DNA of 64,000 nucleotides from Octopus vulgaris (taxonomy: Eukaryota), in the NCBI GenBank assembly GCA_951406725.2, contig OX597818.1, positions 38,874,001 through 38,938,000 of the forward strand. The letters are read 5' to 3'. The first letter of the stretch is position 1; the number at the start of each line of letters is the position of its first letter. Shown piece by piece: positions 63,150 to 64,000 of this stretch. A program made the position numbers and the translations under genes. Under the pieces are notes generated by a model. It had not been told where the DNA came from. It worked only from the letters and a program-made list of their open reading frames with translations, and did no database searches.

Positions 63150-64000
63150 CTTTAAATCCATCGGAAGGATAATCCCGAGGACAAAGAAATAAGAATCGCA
63201 ATATGGTAGAAGCCATAGCCACTTATAATAAAAAAGGAATACTGGTGGAATGTACCAGTGAAGACCTCAATAAAATACATTCATACATACAGGAAAAGTA
63301 CTAAAATGTGACAACCGATGCAGATTTTGTGGAGTTAACACCGAAGATATCACCCACATCGTAAGCAGTTGTCCGAAAATACCATCACGGTATTATCTAC
63401 CGATGAGACGTGATGTTGTAGCTAGGACACTGTATAACGAAATCCGTGGAAAGTATAACTCCGAAGACAAAGAAATAAGAACCCACAGTATGGTAGAAGC
63501 TAATTCGAACACTGGAACTGTAAAAATCTGTAAAACTTTTTAGAAGTTTATCATTAAAGCGTATATGAGCATGGAGATTTGGTTATTTATTGCAAGTCGA
63601 GCGATCCCATAGAGATTTCTGCCTTGGTTCAAGTATTGGTGCAATGCCCCAGTGAAAACCTCAATAAAATGTAAACACAAAAAACCTGATATGATGATTT
63701 GGGATAGAAAAAAGAAACTGTGTACAGTTGTGGAAATCAGCTGCCCACTGGATGTTAGCATAAAGCTGAAGATCAGTGAAAAAGATAATACCTATGCTGA
63801 ACACACTGCCTAAATACCAATCTTGAGAAATTGGGCTTCCCAAAACCAAAAGGGGGAAGCTAATTTGAACACTACGGATCCAATCCATCACTGGAACTGT
63901 AAAAATCTGTAAAACTTTTTAGATGTTTATCATTAAAGCGTATATGAGCATGGAAATTTGGTTACTATTTATTGCAAGTCGAGCGATCTCATAGAGATTT
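63150..64000 (+). mobile_element. Scrambled fragments of an R4/CRE-like non-LTR element (C-terminal zinc knuckle and restriction-like endonuclease)
   Basis: HIVSSCP..YYLPMRRDVVARTLY and KPDMMIWDRKKK.CTVVEISCP..K..Y motifs; internal duplications. Confidence 0.7.

Overview
This is a repeat-dominated, AT-rich eukaryotic window. Its SINE families and microsatellite load suggest an octopus/cephalopod genome (inference). I can support only one cellular gene: an intronless NHL/beta-propeller ORF at 51384-52235 (-). The rest is mobile DNA: a CR1-group LINE, Tx1/L1-clade LINEs, ORF1-only (HAL1-like) derivatives, Penelope, HERO-like and R4-like relics, an RTE 3' end, several tRNA-derived SINE families, Helitrons, Tc1/mariner elements, MITEs and long fold-back palindromes. 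The main finding is an apparent three-tier retroelement system: an autonomous Tx1-like LINE, gag-only elements and a tRNA-SINE. All three share a 3' tail (CCC-TCTRTGT..GCCCC-TNGT-GGG-TAATAAAG) and leave 15-18 bp target-site duplications. They repeatedly insert into the tRNA head of the SINE itself, which could explain its one-head/many-body tandem arrays. A second theme is a set of minimal hammerhead-ribozyme-like motifs with core variants, several inside inverted repeats. Most short ORFs in the track are microsatellite or antisense artefacts. Coordinates were read by eye and may be off by a few bases.
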